64,000 nucleotides of DNA from Thermoanaerobaculia bacterium (GTDB lineage Bacteria > Acidobacteriota > Thermoanaerobaculia > Gp7-AA8). The translations under genes and the position numbers were made by a program. The notes beneath the pieces were generated by a model. That model saw only the letters and a program-made list of their open reading frames with translations. It had not been told where the DNA came from and made no database searches. Location: positions 38,937 to 102,936 of the forward strand of contig DATISF010000028.1 of assembly GCA_035468985.1 (NCBI GenBank), read 5' to 3'. The first letter of the stretch is position 1, and every line of letters begins with the position of its first letter. This document shows, piece after piece, positions 1 to 9,807 of this stretch.

Positions 1-403
1 ACGTCAGGTTTGCGTGGCGATTGAATTTGCGGACCGTCAGTGCGTTTTCCTTTCGCGCGATCGCGACCACGGCCAGCTCGGGCTGGAACCGCTGCCACAG
101 CTCGCGCTCCACCCGAGGCAATTCCTCGACGCAGGGCCGGCACCACGTTGCCCACACGTCCACGATCACCACTCGTCCACGAAGCACAGCGGTTCCGGTC
201 CTGTGGCCGCTCAAATCAATGGCGGTGAAGTCCGGCGCTGCCCGTCCGACGAGATCCTCATGGTGGAGGACCGCTCCCGGTGGCGGTCCACCGATCATCG
301 CCCTCCCGACCACCATCGTTCGGTGCGCGATCCAGTAGGTTCCGACCGCCGCGGCGAGGATCAGGACCAGAGAAATGACGAGAACGAGTCGGCGCGGGGG
401 CAC
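1..403 (-). CDS. Thioredoxin-like TlpA/ResA-family thiol-disulfide oxidoreductase, membrane-anchored. The 3' end runs off the window start.
   Basis: The reverse-strand translation reads VPPRRLVLVISLVLILAAAVGTYW...GRVVIVDVWATWCRPCVEELP. This gives an N-terminal signal anchor and a WCxxC thioredoxin active site. The first in-frame start is GTG at 403. Confidence 0.6.
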   Translation of the reverse strand, partial: MPPRRLVLVISLVLILAAAVGTYWIAHRTMVVGRAMIGGPPPGAVLHHEDLVGRAAPDFTAIDLSGHRTGTAVLRGRVVIVDVWATWCRPCVEELPRVERELWQRFQPELAVVAIARKENALTVRKFNRHANLT

Positions 404-533
404 GAACGCATTCTAGACCCGGGCATCCGTTGACGATGAGCAGCTTCGCTTCTCCAGTCTCGGTGCAGGAGCGATGCGCGTTGTTCGCGACCTGACAATC
501 AGGCGGAAGCGGGGCACGACGCGATTCCAGCCG

Positions 534-806
534 TCAAAGGCGCGGCGCGACAGCCGCCGCGGCCTCGGGTGAGGTCATCACCGGAATGATCTCGAAATCG
601 ACGATGTCCGACCATCGAGCGATCCACGCGTCCAGCGATGCGCGCGAGTGGCATTCCATCACCTGAAAACACCGCTTCAGATCATCGGTGACCCAGCTGG
701 AAACGTACTTGACGTCCGGCGGCGCCATCCGCCCCTTCTCCTGGAAACGCCGGTAGACCGGGACCGGATCGCCATTCTTGTAGTTCTCCACAACCATGAA
801 CAGCAT
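534..806 (-). CDS. DUF3303-family small protein
   Basis: The 90-aa ORF has the MLFMVVE...VY.RF.E.GRM.P...SWV..D...CFQVME...W...W.D.V.FEIIPV pattern typical of DUF3303. Confidence 0.5.
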   Translation of the reverse strand: MLFMVVENYKNGDPVPVYRRFQEKGRMAPPDVKYVSSWVTDDLKRCFQVMECHSRASLDAWIARWSDIVDFEIIPVMTSPEAAAAVAPRL

Positions 807-1072
807 GCGGCCAGACTACTCGAATGGATTGAGCGTCGCGCAAAGGAATGGCAAATCGTGCCCGCGCCATACGGCGCATTTGTTCGAGTGTGGCGTGTCG
901 CAAATAGACCGGCTTTCGCCCGCAACCCTTCGGGCTGGTTCCGGTTGCGGGCGATCTGCGGCGTTGCTCGTCGTCGACGATGCCACCGCATCCCCTCCTC
1001 CGCGCGCCTTGCATCTCGGCCGCAAGCGGCACCAGCGAAAGTCGGTCTCTTTGCGACAAGCCACACTAGGGA

Positions 1073-1204
1073 CCTCTGAACAAGTCGTCATCCTGAGTCG
1101 GCGAAGCGCGACGAAGGATCTCAGGATGCGAAAACGCCTGCGATTTCGAGATCCTTCGCCGTCTTCGCGGCTCAGGATGACGTGAACAACGACTTGCGCA
1201 GAGG
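1073..1204 (+). repeat. REP/MITE-like palindromic element, copy 1
   Basis: The sequence is CCTCTG..CAAGTCGTCATCCTGAGTCGGCGAAGCGCGACGAAGGATCTC, a roughly 25-bp loop, then GAGATCCTTCGCCGTCTTCGCGGCTCAGGATGACGTGAACAACGACTTGCGCAGAGG. The arms are long and imperfect. The same element recurs at least 10 times in the window. Confidence 0.85.
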
Positions 1205-1329
1205 TTCGCTAGGTCTGGTGCGCCACCTTATCCTCCGGGCACGACCCCCGGCAGCTGCACCAGCACGTCGTTCTGCGGATCGTAGTCCGATGCCGCGTGC
1301 GACGGGCATGTGGCGCATTCGCTAGGGAA

Positions 1330-1453
1330 CCTCTGCGCAAATCGTCATCCTGAGTCGGCGAAGCGCGACGAAGGATCTCAAGATCCGAAAACGCCTGCCA
1401 TTTCGAGATCCTTCGCCGTCTTCGCGGCTCAGGATGACGTGAACAACGACTTG
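1330..1453 (+). repeat. REP/MITE-like palindromic element, copy 2, with the right end slightly truncated
   Basis: It is near-identical to copy 1. A 40-bp flank, ACCAGCGAAAGTCGGTCT(C/A)TTTGCGACA, is directly repeated at 1031-1072 and 1457-1498 on either side of the pair. Confidence 0.85.
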
Positions 1454-1499
1454 TTCCCACCAGCGAAAGTCGGTCTATTTGCGACACGCCACGCTAGCG

Positions 1500-2174
1500 C
1501 TACTCTCCGAGCTTCTGCAGCAGAACTCGCAGCTGCTCGTGAAGTTCCTCGACGCGCGCTTCCAGGCGCGTGACGCGCGCTGACAATGGAGTCCCGGCTT
1601 CAGCCGGGGCCTGCGTTTCGACGACGGCCTCCTCCACCGCCCCACCCGCGGTGTGAACCCAGCGCGATTCCTTCTGTCCCGGCCTCCGCTGCAGCTCGCG
1701 GACGAGGGGCTCGCTGTGCCCAGCCATGTCGCGCAACGTGTCTTCGACTTCCGCAACGGTCTCGAACCGATGCAGCCGGTCGCTTCGCCCGCGCAGTTCA
1801 CCGGGAGTCTGCGGCCCGCGCAGAAACAGCATCGTGATGATCGCCTTTTCCGCCGGCTTGAGATGCCACACCTTGTCGAGGTTGTGGTCGAAGCGCACTG
1901 CTCGCCCGCCCATCACACGCCAGGCGAGCTTCTCGTCCTGCAGGCGATCGAGCGCGCGCTGCACATCCGCTTCAGAAAGCTCCATGACCGGTTCGCGATT
2001 CGATTTCTGATTGCAGGCCGCGACGAGCGCATTGAGCGTCAGCGGATAGTACTCGGGCGTCGAGAGCTGCTTCTCCATCAGGCTGCCGAGGATGCGGATT
2101 TCGGCAGGTTCGAGGGCGCGGGGGATGCGCGGGCGCTGCGGCGAGTCGGTGTCGAGGGTCGGGACGAAGCTCAT
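1500..2174 (-). CDS. yceH: YceH/DUF480-family protein
   Basis: The protein is 224 aa with ...LSTPEYYPLTLNALVAACNQKSNREPVM...FLRGPQTPGELRGRSDRL...LEARVEELHEQ. This is the conserved UPF0502 pattern. The start codon overlaps the upstream gene's stop (ATGA at 2171-2174). Confidence 0.7.
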   Translation of the reverse strand: MSFVPTLDTDSPQRPRIPRALEPAEIRILGSLMEKQLSTPEYYPLTLNALVAACNQKSNREPVMELSEADVQRALDRLQDEKLAWRVMGGRAVRFDHNLDKVWHLKPAEKAIITMLFLRGPQTPGELRGRSDRLHRFETVAEVEDTLRDMAGHSEPLVRELQRRPGQKESRWVHTAGGAVEEAVVETQAPAEAGTPLSARVTRLEARVEELHEQLRVLLQKLGE

Positions 2175-3430
2175 TCGGGGATTGTATCCGTGCGGTGTTC
2201 GGGGTTCGGGGTTCGGGGTTCGCTGGGCCTCTGGCCCTTCGAGCCGCGAATGACGAACACCGGCTCGCGGGCTGTCCTCGGCTGTCCGAAATAGTTGTCC
2301 ACCCTCATCGCCACGCTCCTCGCCAAGGACATGAACGTGGTCAGCTTTCCGCCGAAAACGTTGATCAGGTTGCGGGAGCGGGCCACGCGGGAGTCGCGGG
2401 ATATCGCGCTCGGGTTCGTGGCCCGGCCGACCAGCGGGCGCACGCCGGCGAACGTCGAGGCGATGCCGGCGTGCGAGATCGGCTCGCGAAAGTAGTGATT
2501 GAACCGGGCCAGCAGGTATTCGATCTCCTCATTGGACGGTTCAACGTCGTCGAGCGAATCGCGATGGACGACTTCGGTCGTCCCGACCAGCGTCGTCTCC
2601 TTCCATGGCAGGACAAAAAAGACGCGGCGATCGCTGATCGACTGGAGGAGAAATCCGACATCGCTGACGCGGCGCCTCAGGACGAGGTGGCTTCCACGGA
2701 TCAGCGACAAGACGTATCGCGCACGGATGCGGTTCTGGCGCAGGAGGTCGTTCATCCAGGGGCCGGCTGCGTTCACGACCAGGTCAAACGGCTCCTCCCC
2801 GCGAGCGGAGCGGACGACCCAGCCATCGCCGTTGCGCTGCAGCGAGTCGACACGGGTGTGCTCGAGAACCCTCGCTCCTTCCGATTCCGCGGAGGCGATC
2901 ACCGTCCGCGTGAGCGCGTAATCGTCGGCCTGCGCATCCCAGTACGAAAATCCGCCGCGCAGCCCCTCTGTGATCAGCGGACCGCGCGCGGCGATCTCGC
3001 CGGTCGAGAACGCCCGGTGCCGGTGAATGTTCTTGCGGCCTGCAAGGACGTCGTAGAGCGTCAGGCCGATGCGGATCGTGAACCGCGATCGCGGGCTGTC
3101 CTCGTAGACCGGCAGGAAGATCTCCACCGGCCGGACCAGCTCCGGCAGATGCTCCAGCAGCCAGGCGCGGTCGCGGAGAGACTCGCGTACGACGCCGAAC
3201 TGCAGATGCTCGAGGTAGCGCAGACCGCCGTGGACCATCTTCGTTGAGCGGGACGACGTCTGTGCGCCGCACTCACCCTTCTCGAAGAGCACGACGTCGT
3301 AGTCGCGGCGCGCCAGCTCCCACGCGATGCCGGCGCCATTGATCCCACCGCCCACCACGGCCACACGCTTGCGCCCTGCGGAACGTCGCGCCGCATGATT
3401 CTCGTTCGACGAAATTTTGGCAGATGCCAT
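2171..3430 (-). CDS. FAD-dependent oxidoreductase of the glycerol-3-phosphate dehydrogenase/oxidase (GlpD/GlpO-like) type
   Basis: The N-terminus has the VAVVGGGINGAGIAWELA dinucleotide fold, and a KMVHGGLRYLE motif is present. The start was trimmed to the ATG at 3430 (MASAKISS...), because the upstream part of the long ORF overlaps the divergent patatin gene. The C-terminus carries a (GGGGTTC)3 repeat. Confidence 0.65.
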   Translation of the reverse strand: MASAKISSNENHAARRSAGRKRVAVVGGGINGAGIAWELARRDYDVVLFEKGECGAQTSSRSTKMVHGGLRYLEHLQFGVVRESLRDRAWLLEHLPELVRPVEIFLPVYEDSPRSRFTIRIGLTLYDVLAGRKNIHRHRAFSTGEIAARGPLITEGLRGGFSYWDAQADDYALTRTVIASAESEGARVLEHTRVDSLQRNGDGWVVRSARGEEPFDLVVNAAGPWMNDLLRQNRIRARYVLSLIRGSHLVLRRRVSDVGFLLQSISDRRVFFVLPWKETTLVGTTEVVHRDSLDDVEPSNEEIEYLLARFNHYFREPISHAGIASTFAGVRPLVGRATNPSAISRDSRVARSRNLINVFGGKLTTFMSLARSVAMRVDNYFGQPRTAREPVFVIRGSKGQRPSEPRTPNPEHRTDTIPE

Positions 3431-3433
3431 GCA

Positions 3434-4639
3434 ATGGCTCAGTGCGTGAGCGCGCTGGAGCGCATCGTAACGGCACTGACTCCGAAGGAACAGACCGGCG
3501 ATCTGGCCGTCATGTTGACCGGGGGCGGCGCCCGAGCCGCTTATCAGGTCGGATTGCTCCTTGGCCTCGCCCGCCATTACCCGAACCTGAAATTTCAGAT
3601 CGTCACCGGCGTCTCCGCCGGCGCGATCAACGCCGCGTTTCTCGCGGCACACACGGGATCGCTCGCTCAGAAAGCGCGCGACCTGGAGCAGGTCTGGTGC
3701 GAGCTCGAATGGAGCAGCATCTGGAGCTTCGACTGGAGACGCGCGCTGCCGTTCCATTCGGCGTTCACCTCCATCTTTCCGAAACATCGATGGACGAAGC
3801 CGCAAGGCGCCGTCGACACCGCGCCGCTGGCGCGGCTGCTGTATCGCGTGATGGATGCCAGGCCCGGCCAGCCGATCCGCGGCATCGCCGAAAACCTCGA
3901 GCGCGGAGACCTGCATGCGGTCGCGGTCAATACGCTGGACTATTCGACCGGCCAGAGCGTGCGCTGGGTCCAGGGCCACCACGACGATACGTTCGAGGGC
4001 CCCAACCGGCGTTCCGTCGCCACACACCTCACGGTCGAGCACATTCTGGCCTCCTGCGCGCTGCCGTTCTTCTTTCCGGCCGTGCAGATCGGCTCGCAGT
4101 GGCACGGCGACGGAGGGATCCGTCTCGCCGCGCCGCTCTCTCCCGCCTTACATCTCGGCGCGCGCCGCGTGATCGCCATGTCCACCGGCTACCAGCGCAC
4201 GGATGCCGAAGCGTCGACACCCGTGGTTCGCGGATATCCGCCGGCAGCGCAGATTCTCGGCCAGCTGATGAACGCCATCTTTCTCGACGTCATCGACGAA
4301 GACGTCGTCCGCATGGAGCGGATGAACGACATCATCACGAAGCTCGACGCGCGCGAGCGGGACGGTCTCAAGGCCATCGATCTGCTCGTCCTACGACCTT
4401 CCGAGGATCTCGGGAAGCTGGCCACCGCGTACGAGAAATACCTCCCCCGCTACATGAAGCTATTCACCCGCGCCCTCGGCGCGAAGCAGACCGAGTCGCC
4501 CGATTTCATCTCCCTGCTGATGTTCGAGCCTCGCTACACCCGCGAGCTCATCGACATCGGCAAGGCCGACGTCGACTCCCGGATCGACGAGATCCACGGT
4601 TTCCTCGGAGATGCCGTGCCGCAAATCGCGGCTCTCTGA
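3434..4639 (+). CDS. Patatin-like phospholipase
   Basis: The protein has the GGGARAAYQVG oxyanion motif, the GVSAG (GxSxG) nucleophile motif and a DGG catalytic Asp motif. The start is taken at MAQCVSALE. Confidence 0.75.
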   Translation: MAQCVSALERIVTALTPKEQTGDLAVMLTGGGARAAYQVGLLLGLARHYPNLKFQIVTGVSAGAINAAFLAAHTGSLAQKARDLEQVWCELEWSSIWSFDWRRALPFHSAFTSIFPKHRWTKPQGAVDTAPLARLLYRVMDARPGQPIRGIAENLERGDLHAVAVNTLDYSTGQSVRWVQGHHDDTFEGPNRRSVATHLTVEHILASCALPFFFPAVQIGSQWHGDGGIRLAAPLSPALHLGARRVIAMSTGYQRTDAEASTPVVRGYPPAAQILGQLMNAIFLDVIDEDVVRMERMNDIITKLDARERDGLKAIDLLVLRPSEDLGKLATAYEKYLPRYMKLFTRALGAKQTESPDFISLLMFEPRYTRELIDIGKADVDSRIDEIHGFLGDAVPQIAAL

Positions 4640-4676
4640 CATAATCGCCGGACGAGACTTCAATCTCGGCTCTCTG

Positions 4677-5813
4677 ATGGCCGTTCTCGAGCTGGAGCTG
4701 CTTGGCGATTTCCGCATGCGCGCGGAGTCGGGCGCATTGATCAACATCTCTGCGAAAAAATCGCAGGCGATGCTGGCGTACCTCGGCGTCAAGCCTGCCC
4801 AGCTCGTCTCCCGCGACAAGATGGCCGCCCTCCTCTGGAGCAGTACCGCCACCGAACAGGCCCGGCAGAGCCTCCGTCAGACACTTTCCAGCCTGCGGAA
4901 AGAGCTCGCCCAGATCTCCAAGGACCGGAAGATCCTCGTTGAGGAAGGGGACTTCCTGTCGGTCGACCCCGATCTCGTGCAGGTCGACGTCGCCGAATTC
5001 GAAAAGGGCCTCGGATCCGGAACCGAAGAAGGCCTGGCCCGCGCGGTCTCGCTCTATCGCGGCGATTTTCTCGAGGGCTTCGAGCTCGATGAGGAGCGTT
5101 TCGACCAGTGGGTGATCGCCGAGCGCGACCGGCTGCACCGCGCCGCGCTTCGTGCCCACTCGCAACTGGTCGAGATCCAGACCCGCAACGGCGCGCGGGA
5201 CGACGCCATCGCCACCGCCCAGCAGGCGCTGCGCATCGATCCGCTGCAGGAGAGCATGCATCGCACGCTCATGAAGCTGTACATGGACAGCGGCGATCTC
5301 GTGAACGCCGTCCAGCAGTACGACATCTGCGCGCGCACGCTGAAGCGTGAGCTGCAGATCGAGCCCGATGCCGAGACGCGCAAGCTCTTTCAGCAGGTCG
5401 CGCAGCTGCGCTCGAAACGCGGTGCGGAAGGGGAACCGGCCGGCGACGAGAAGAAGCTGGTGTTGATCGTCGAGGACAACGTCCTGAACCGCGAGCTGGT
5501 CAGCGCCATCCTGACGACCGCCGGCTATCGCATCATGGTCGCGCAGGACGGGGCCGAGGCGCTGATGATGCTGGGCCGCGAGCAGATCGACCTGATGCTG
5601 CTCGACATCGATCTCCCCTACATCGACGGCCACAGCCTGCTGCGAGCCGTGCGCGAAAAAGGCATGCAGGTTCCGACGATCTTCGTTTCCGGACTTCCGG
5701 GCGAGGAGCCGGAGCTGCGTGCATTCGAAGTGGGAGCAGCGGACTTCATCCGTAAGCCGGTGAAGAACAGCGTGTTGCTCGCGCGCGTCGCCAAGGTTCT
5801 CGGCGAGCCGTAG
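4677..5813 (+). CDS. SARP/AfsR-family regulator (OmpR-type winged helix plus BTAD domain) fused to a C-terminal response-regulator receiver domain
   Basis: The N-terminus reads MAVLELELLGDFRMR...AMLAYL, which is the SARP wHTH. BTAD helices run to about residue 250. The C-terminal part has a canonical receiver: VLIVEDN, LLDIDLP, TIFVSG and a conserved K. Confidence 0.7.
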   Translation: MAVLELELLGDFRMRAESGALINISAKKSQAMLAYLGVKPAQLVSRDKMAALLWSSTATEQARQSLRQTLSSLRKELAQISKDRKILVEEGDFLSVDPDLVQVDVAEFEKGLGSGTEEGLARAVSLYRGDFLEGFELDEERFDQWVIAERDRLHRAALRAHSQLVEIQTRNGARDDAIATAQQALRIDPLQESMHRTLMKLYMDSGDLVNAVQQYDICARTLKRELQIEPDAETRKLFQQVAQLRSKRGAEGEPAGDEKKLVLIVEDNVLNRELVSAILTTAGYRIMVAQDGAEALMMLGREQIDLMLLDIDLPYIDGHSLLRAVREKGMQVPTIFVSGLPGEEPELRAFEVGAADFIRKPVKNSVLLARVAKVLGEP

Positions 5814-5909
5814 TCGTGTCGTGCCGCCGTCCCGGCGGCCTTCAGGGCCGGCCGGAGGCCGGCACCACACGAGCTTGCCTCGATCTTGCAAGAGGCCTAG
5901 CTTGCCATC

Positions 5910-6260
5910 ATGAGAGTCCTGGTCGTCGAACAGAATCCGCGCCTCGCCCTGGCCATCGATCAAGACCAGCAGCGGTTCCCGTTCACGTGCGAGCGGGCCA
6001 GCGACGGCTGGGAAGCGATCGAAAAGCTCGAGGCGGGCGACTACGACGCCATCGTGATCGATGGCGATCTCCCGCGCCGCAGCGGATTCGGCGTGCTGAC
6101 GTATCTGCGCGAGGAAGTCGGCGACGCGCTCGACCGCGTGATCGTCATGACCAGCGCGGATGAAGACACTCTGCGCGGCAGGCTGCGCGAGTCCCACCTG
6201 AAGGTCGTCAGCAAGGACAAGGCGGCCGAGGCGCTGACCGTGGTGCTGGCCTCAGAGTGA
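5910..6260 (+). CDS. Single-domain response-regulator receiver protein with an atypical acidic pocket (EQ in place of DD)
   Basis: MRVLVVEQN...AIVIDGDLPRRSGF...VIVMTSADE...K fits a CheY-like fold. The phosphoacceptor Asp is present, but the first acidic pair is replaced by E-Q. Confidence 0.6.
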   Translation: MRVLVVEQNPRLALAIDQDQQRFPFTCERASDGWEAIEKLEAGDYDAIVIDGDLPRRSGFGVLTYLREEVGDALDRVIVMTSADEDTLRGRLRESHLKVVSKDKAAEALTVVLASE

Positions 6261-7628
6261 GCGCAGGATCGCTGCCGCGCTCCGCTCCACATCCTCCTCC
6301 GTCGTGGCCCAGTTCGAGACCGAGATTCGCATCGCCGCCATCTTATGCCAGACGGTTCCCGCCAGCCAGCACGTTCCGTCCTGCTGGACGCGGGTGATGA
6401 CGTCGCGCGTGCGCTGATCGTCGTCGCCGAAGCGGACGAGCACCTGATTCAGCGTGACGTCGTTGAGAATCCTCACCCGGTCGTCCCGTTGGAGGATCTC
6501 TGCGAACTGCCGCGCGCGATCGCAGAGCCGGTCGATGAGGTCCTCGACGCCGAGCCGGCCGAGCGTGCGCAGCGCTGCGTAGACGGAAATTCCTCGAGCG
6601 CGGCGCGAGAATTCCGGCGTCCAGTCGACGCTGTCGCGCTCCCTGCCGGTGGTCTGTTCGAGGTAGGCGGCGCTCGCGGTCATCGATGCCCGATGCGCAA
6701 CAGAATCGCGAACGATCGCCACTCCGCAGTCGTACGGCACGTTCAGCCATTTGTGCGCGTCGGTGGCCCAGGAATCGGCGAGCTCGACTCCATCGATCAA
6801 CTCGCGTTTGCGGCGGCTGGCCGAGGCCCACAGGCCGAAGGCTCCGTCGATGTGGAGCCAGGCGCCGCGCTCGCGGGTCTCCGTGGCGATCTCGCGCAGC
6901 GGATCGAATGCGCCGCTGTTCACGTTGCCGGCCTGCGCACAGACGATGGTCGGGCCGGAGAGCTTGCGCAGCGCGTCGCGCAGACCGTCCGCGCGCATGC
7001 GTCCCTGCTCGTCGGTCGGGACGTGAACGGCGTGCGTTCCGAGACCGAGGTACCGCAGCGCGACAAAGATCGTGACGTGCGACTCATCGCTGACGACGAT
7101 GTTCACTTTCGGCGCGCCCTGCAGCCCATCCTCTTCCACGTTCCAGCCGGCGTTGCCCAAAACGGCGTGCCTGGCCGCGGCCAGGCAGGTGAAGTTCGAC
7201 ATCTGGCCGCCCGTGGTGTAGCCGACACTGGCCTCGCGCGGAAGACGAAACAGATCGAGGAGCCATTCCCGCGCAACATCCTCGGCCACGGCCGCGATCG
7301 GCGAGGCCGCGTAGAGGCCGGCGTTCTGATCCCACGCGGCGACCATCCACTCGGCGCCGACGGTCACCGGGAGTGACCCGCCGATGACGAATCCGAAAAA
7401 TCGCGGTGACGGAGTCGCCATCGTCCCACGCTCGGCTGCCACCGCCAGAGCATCGAGCACCGCGGTCGCATCTTCGCCGTCATCAGAGAGGGGCACGCTG
7501 AGTGAGCGATTCAGCTCCTCCAGCGTGGCGCGAGGGCCTACGGGGCGGTCGGGAACCGCGCGGAGGAAGGTACTGGCATGTTGAAAGGCACGGCGGAGGA
7601 TTGCTTCATCAAAAATCGCTAACGGCAT
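6252..7628 (-). CDS. Group II pyridoxal-phosphate-dependent amino-acid decarboxylase, resembling diaminobutyrate or tyrosine decarboxylases
   Basis: The protein is 458 aa and contains ATDAHKWLNVPYDCG, the PLP-binding Lys region. The overall pattern matches the aspartate aminotransferase-fold decarboxylases. Confidence 0.75.
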   Translation of the reverse strand: MPLAIFDEAILRRAFQHASTFLRAVPDRPVGPRATLEELNRSLSVPLSDDGEDATAVLDALAVAAERGTMATPSPRFFGFVIGGSLPVTVGAEWMVAAWDQNAGLYAASPIAAVAEDVAREWLLDLFRLPREASVGYTTGGQMSNFTCLAAARHAVLGNAGWNVEEDGLQGAPKVNIVVSDESHVTIFVALRYLGLGTHAVHVPTDEQGRMRADGLRDALRKLSGPTIVCAQAGNVNSGAFDPLREIATETRERGAWLHIDGAFGLWASASRRKRELIDGVELADSWATDAHKWLNVPYDCGVAIVRDSVAHRASMTASAAYLEQTTGRERDSVDWTPEFSRRARGISVYAALRTLGRLGVEDLIDRLCDRARQFAEILQRDDRVRILNDVTLNQVLVRFGDDDQRTRDVITRVQQDGTCWLAGTVWHKMAAMRISVSNWATTEEDVERSAAAILRSL

Positions 7629-7639
7629 GCGTCGATAAT

Positions 7640-8095
7640 ATGACGATGCAGTACGAAGTCTCGACCGACAAGTCCCAGCTTGACATCGATCTGATTCACG
7701 AATTTCTCAGCAACGATTCCTACTGGGCGAAAAACGTCCCGCGGGAGCTCGTCGAGCGCTCGATCGCCAATTCGCTCTGCTTCGGAGCCTACCAGGGGCG
7801 GCAGCAGGTCGGTTTCGCACGGGTGATCTCCGATCTCGCCGTCTTCGCTTACGTCGCAGACGTGTTCGTGATCCCGGCGCACCGCGGCCGCGGCGTGTCG
7901 AAGTTGATCATGCAGGCGATCCGCGAGCATCCCGACCTCCAGGTTCTGCGGCGATGGCATCTCCTGACCCGCGATGCCCATGATCTGTACCGCCAGTACG
8001 GCTTCCGGGACCTCGAGAATCCTGCGCGGCACATGGAAATTGCGGTGAAAGACCCGTACGGTGCGGCCGGAATGGGGAGCCGGAAAAACTGTTGA
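7640..8095 (+). CDS. GNAT-family N-acetyltransferase
   Basis: The 151-aa protein has GFARVISD...[23 protein letters not shown], the acetyl-CoA-binding motif A (R/Q-x-x-G-x-G/A). The start is the ATG at 7640, only 11 bp from the divergent decarboxylase start. Confidence 0.65.
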   Translation: MTMQYEVSTDKSQLDIDLIHEFLSNDSYWAKNVPRELVERSIANSLCFGAYQGRQQVGFARVISDLAVFAYVADVFVIPAHRGRGVSKLIMQAIREHPDLQVLRRWHLLTRDAHDLYRQYGFRDLENPARHMEIAVKDPYGAAGMGSRKNC

Positions 8096-9255
8096 TACCA
8101 GCCGTGAAAGCCCGAACCACGCGCGAGGTGCGCATTGGAAATGTGACGGTCGGCGGATCGAATCCGATCGCCGTGCAGTCCATGGCCGCCACACGCACGC
8201 AGGACATCGCCGCGACCATCCGGCAGGTCGAGCTCCTCGAGATCGCCGGCGCCGACGTCATCCGGATCGCGGTCGACAACCCGAAGGACGTGACCGCGCT
8301 CGCCGAGATCCGCAAAGCGCGGCCGGACGCCAATCTCGTCATCGACCTGCAGGAAAACTACCGGCTCGCGGAAAAGGTCGCGCCGTACGTGCAGAAGCTC
8401 CGCTACAACCCCGGGCATCTCTACCACCTCGAGCGCGAGAAGCCGGTGCGCGAGAAAGTCCGCTACCTCGTCGATGTCGCGCGCGCCCACGGCTGCGCGA
8501 TGCGCATCGGCGTCAACGCCGGCTCGGTCGACCCTGAAAAACTCGACAAGTATCCGAAGAACGACTCCATCACGCCGATGGTCGAGTCGGCGCTCGAACA
8601 CTGCGCGATGCTCGACGACCTCGGTTTCGACCAGTACGTCGTCTCGCTCAAGGATTCCGACCCGAACAAGGTCATCGACGCGAACATCCTGTTCGCCGGG
8701 AAGCGCCCCGGCGTGCCGCTCCACCTCGGCGTCACCGAGGCGGGCATGCCGCCGGACGGCGTGATCAAGACGCGCATCGCGTTCGAACAGCTGATCACGC
8801 GCGGCATCGGTGACACGATCCGCGTCTCGCTGACGCTTCCTTTCGAGCGCAAAGGCGACGAGGTCACGGTCGGACGGCAGATCCTCGATGATATCGAGCA
8901 CGGCCGGTTCCGCTCCGTTCCGCGATTCGAGCAGAAGGGGCTGAACATCATCAGCTGCCCGTCGTGCTCGCGCGTCGAGAACGAGGCCTTCATCGATCTC
9001 GCCCACAACGTCCGAGAGATGACCGAGTACGCGAAACAGCACGACATCACGATCGCCGTGATGGGCTGCCGCGTGAACGGCCCCGGCGAGACCGACGACG
9101 CCGACCTCGGGATGTGGTGCGCGCCGAGCTTCGTGAATCTCAAGCGCGGCACCGAGACCATCGGACAGTTCACGTACGATGAGATCCTCGGACGCCTGCG
9201 CCAGGAGCTCAACCGGCTCATCGAAGAGCGGAAGCCGGCCGCGGTGACATCCTGA
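8092..9255 (+). CDS. ispG: 4-hydroxy-3-methylbut-2-en-1-yl diphosphate synthase (flavodoxin)
   Basis: The protein conserves the GcpE/IspG pattern: [23 protein letters not shown], the Fe-S cysteines in IISCPSCSR...GCRVNGPGE. Its TTG start overlaps the GNAT stop. Confidence 0.9.
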   Translation: MIPAVKARTTREVRIGNVTVGGSNPIAVQSMAATRTQDIAATIRQVELLEIAGADVIRIAVDNPKDVTALAEIRKARPDANLVIDLQENYRLAEKVAPYVQKLRYNPGHLYHLEREKPVREKVRYLVDVARAHGCAMRIGVNAGSVDPEKLDKYPKNDSITPMVESALEHCAMLDDLGFDQYVVSLKDSDPNKVIDANILFAGKRPGVPLHLGVTEAGMPPDGVIKTRIAFEQLITRGIGDTIRVSLTLPFERKGDEVTVGRQILDDIEHGRFRSVPRFEQKGLNIISCPSCSRVENEAFIDLAHNVREMTEYAKQHDITIAVMGCRVNGPGETDDADLGMWCAPSFVNLKRGTETIGQFTYDEILGRLRQELNRLIEERKPAAVTS

Positions 9256-9256
9256 A

Positions 9257-9763
9257 ATGAAACGCTTCCACTACCTCTCGATCACGTTCGCGGTCATCCT
9301 GCTCGATTCCTGGACGAAGTGGCTCGTCGGTACGAGCATCGACACGCACGAGGCCATCCCGATCATCCCGAATTTCTTCCAGCTCGTGCACGTGCGTAAC
9401 ACCGGCGCGGCGTTCGGCATCGGCGCGAACGCGGAGTCGGAGATCGTTCCGCTTCTGCTCAACGGAGGAGCGATCGCCGTCTTCTTCATCGTGGTGATCT
9501 ACGCGCTTCGCTCCGCGGCCACGGATCGCGTCCTGCAGTCGGGCCTGCACCTGATCCTTGGCGGCGCGATCGGCAATCTGCTCGACCGCTTCCGCTTCAA
9601 GTACGTCGTCGATTTTCTCGACGTGTACGTGAGCTGGGGCGGCCGCGAGCACCACTGGCCGGCGTTCAACGTCGCCGACTCCGCGATCTGCATCGGGATC
9701 GGCCTCTTGTTTCTCGACATGAGGCGCAAGCCGGAAGAGAAAGCCGTCGCGGACGCCGCGTAG
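9257..9763 (+). CDS. lspA: Lipoprotein signal peptidase II
   Basis: Conserved LspA motifs are present: NTGAAFG and FNVADSAI. The protein has four predicted TM segments. It starts 1 nt after the ispG stop. Confidence 0.85.
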   Translation: MKRFHYLSITFAVILLDSWTKWLVGTSIDTHEAIPIIPNFFQLVHVRNTGAAFGIGANAESEIVPLLLNGGAIAVFFIVVIYALRSAATDRVLQSGLHLILGGAIGNLLDRFRFKYVVDFLDVYVSWGGREHHWPAFNVADSAICIGIGLLFLDMRRKPEEKAVADAA

Positions 9764-9807
9764 GGCCGGCTCTCCAGCCGGCCGGGCCGACCCGAGAGTC
9801 GGCCCTA
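9764..9807. terminator. Bidirectional terminator made of two adjacent GC-rich hairpins between convergent genes
   Basis: Hairpin 1 is GGCCGGCT-CTCC-AGCCGGCC (9765-9784). Hairpin 2 is GGGCCGAC-CCGAGA-GTCGGCCC (9785-9806). They lie between the lspA stop and the stop of the SPFH gene. Confidence 0.4.

Noticed and set aside
4548-6197. Very long ORFs antisense to confirmed genes are listed in the ORF track, for example 4548-6197(-), 14178-16319(+), 28400-29881(+), 42322-44229(-) and 47185-48726(-).
   Set aside because: Their translations are Arg/Ala/Gly/Pro-rich with no domain pattern. They exactly shadow well-supported genes on the opposite strand, which is typical of spurious stop-free frames in high-GC DNA.
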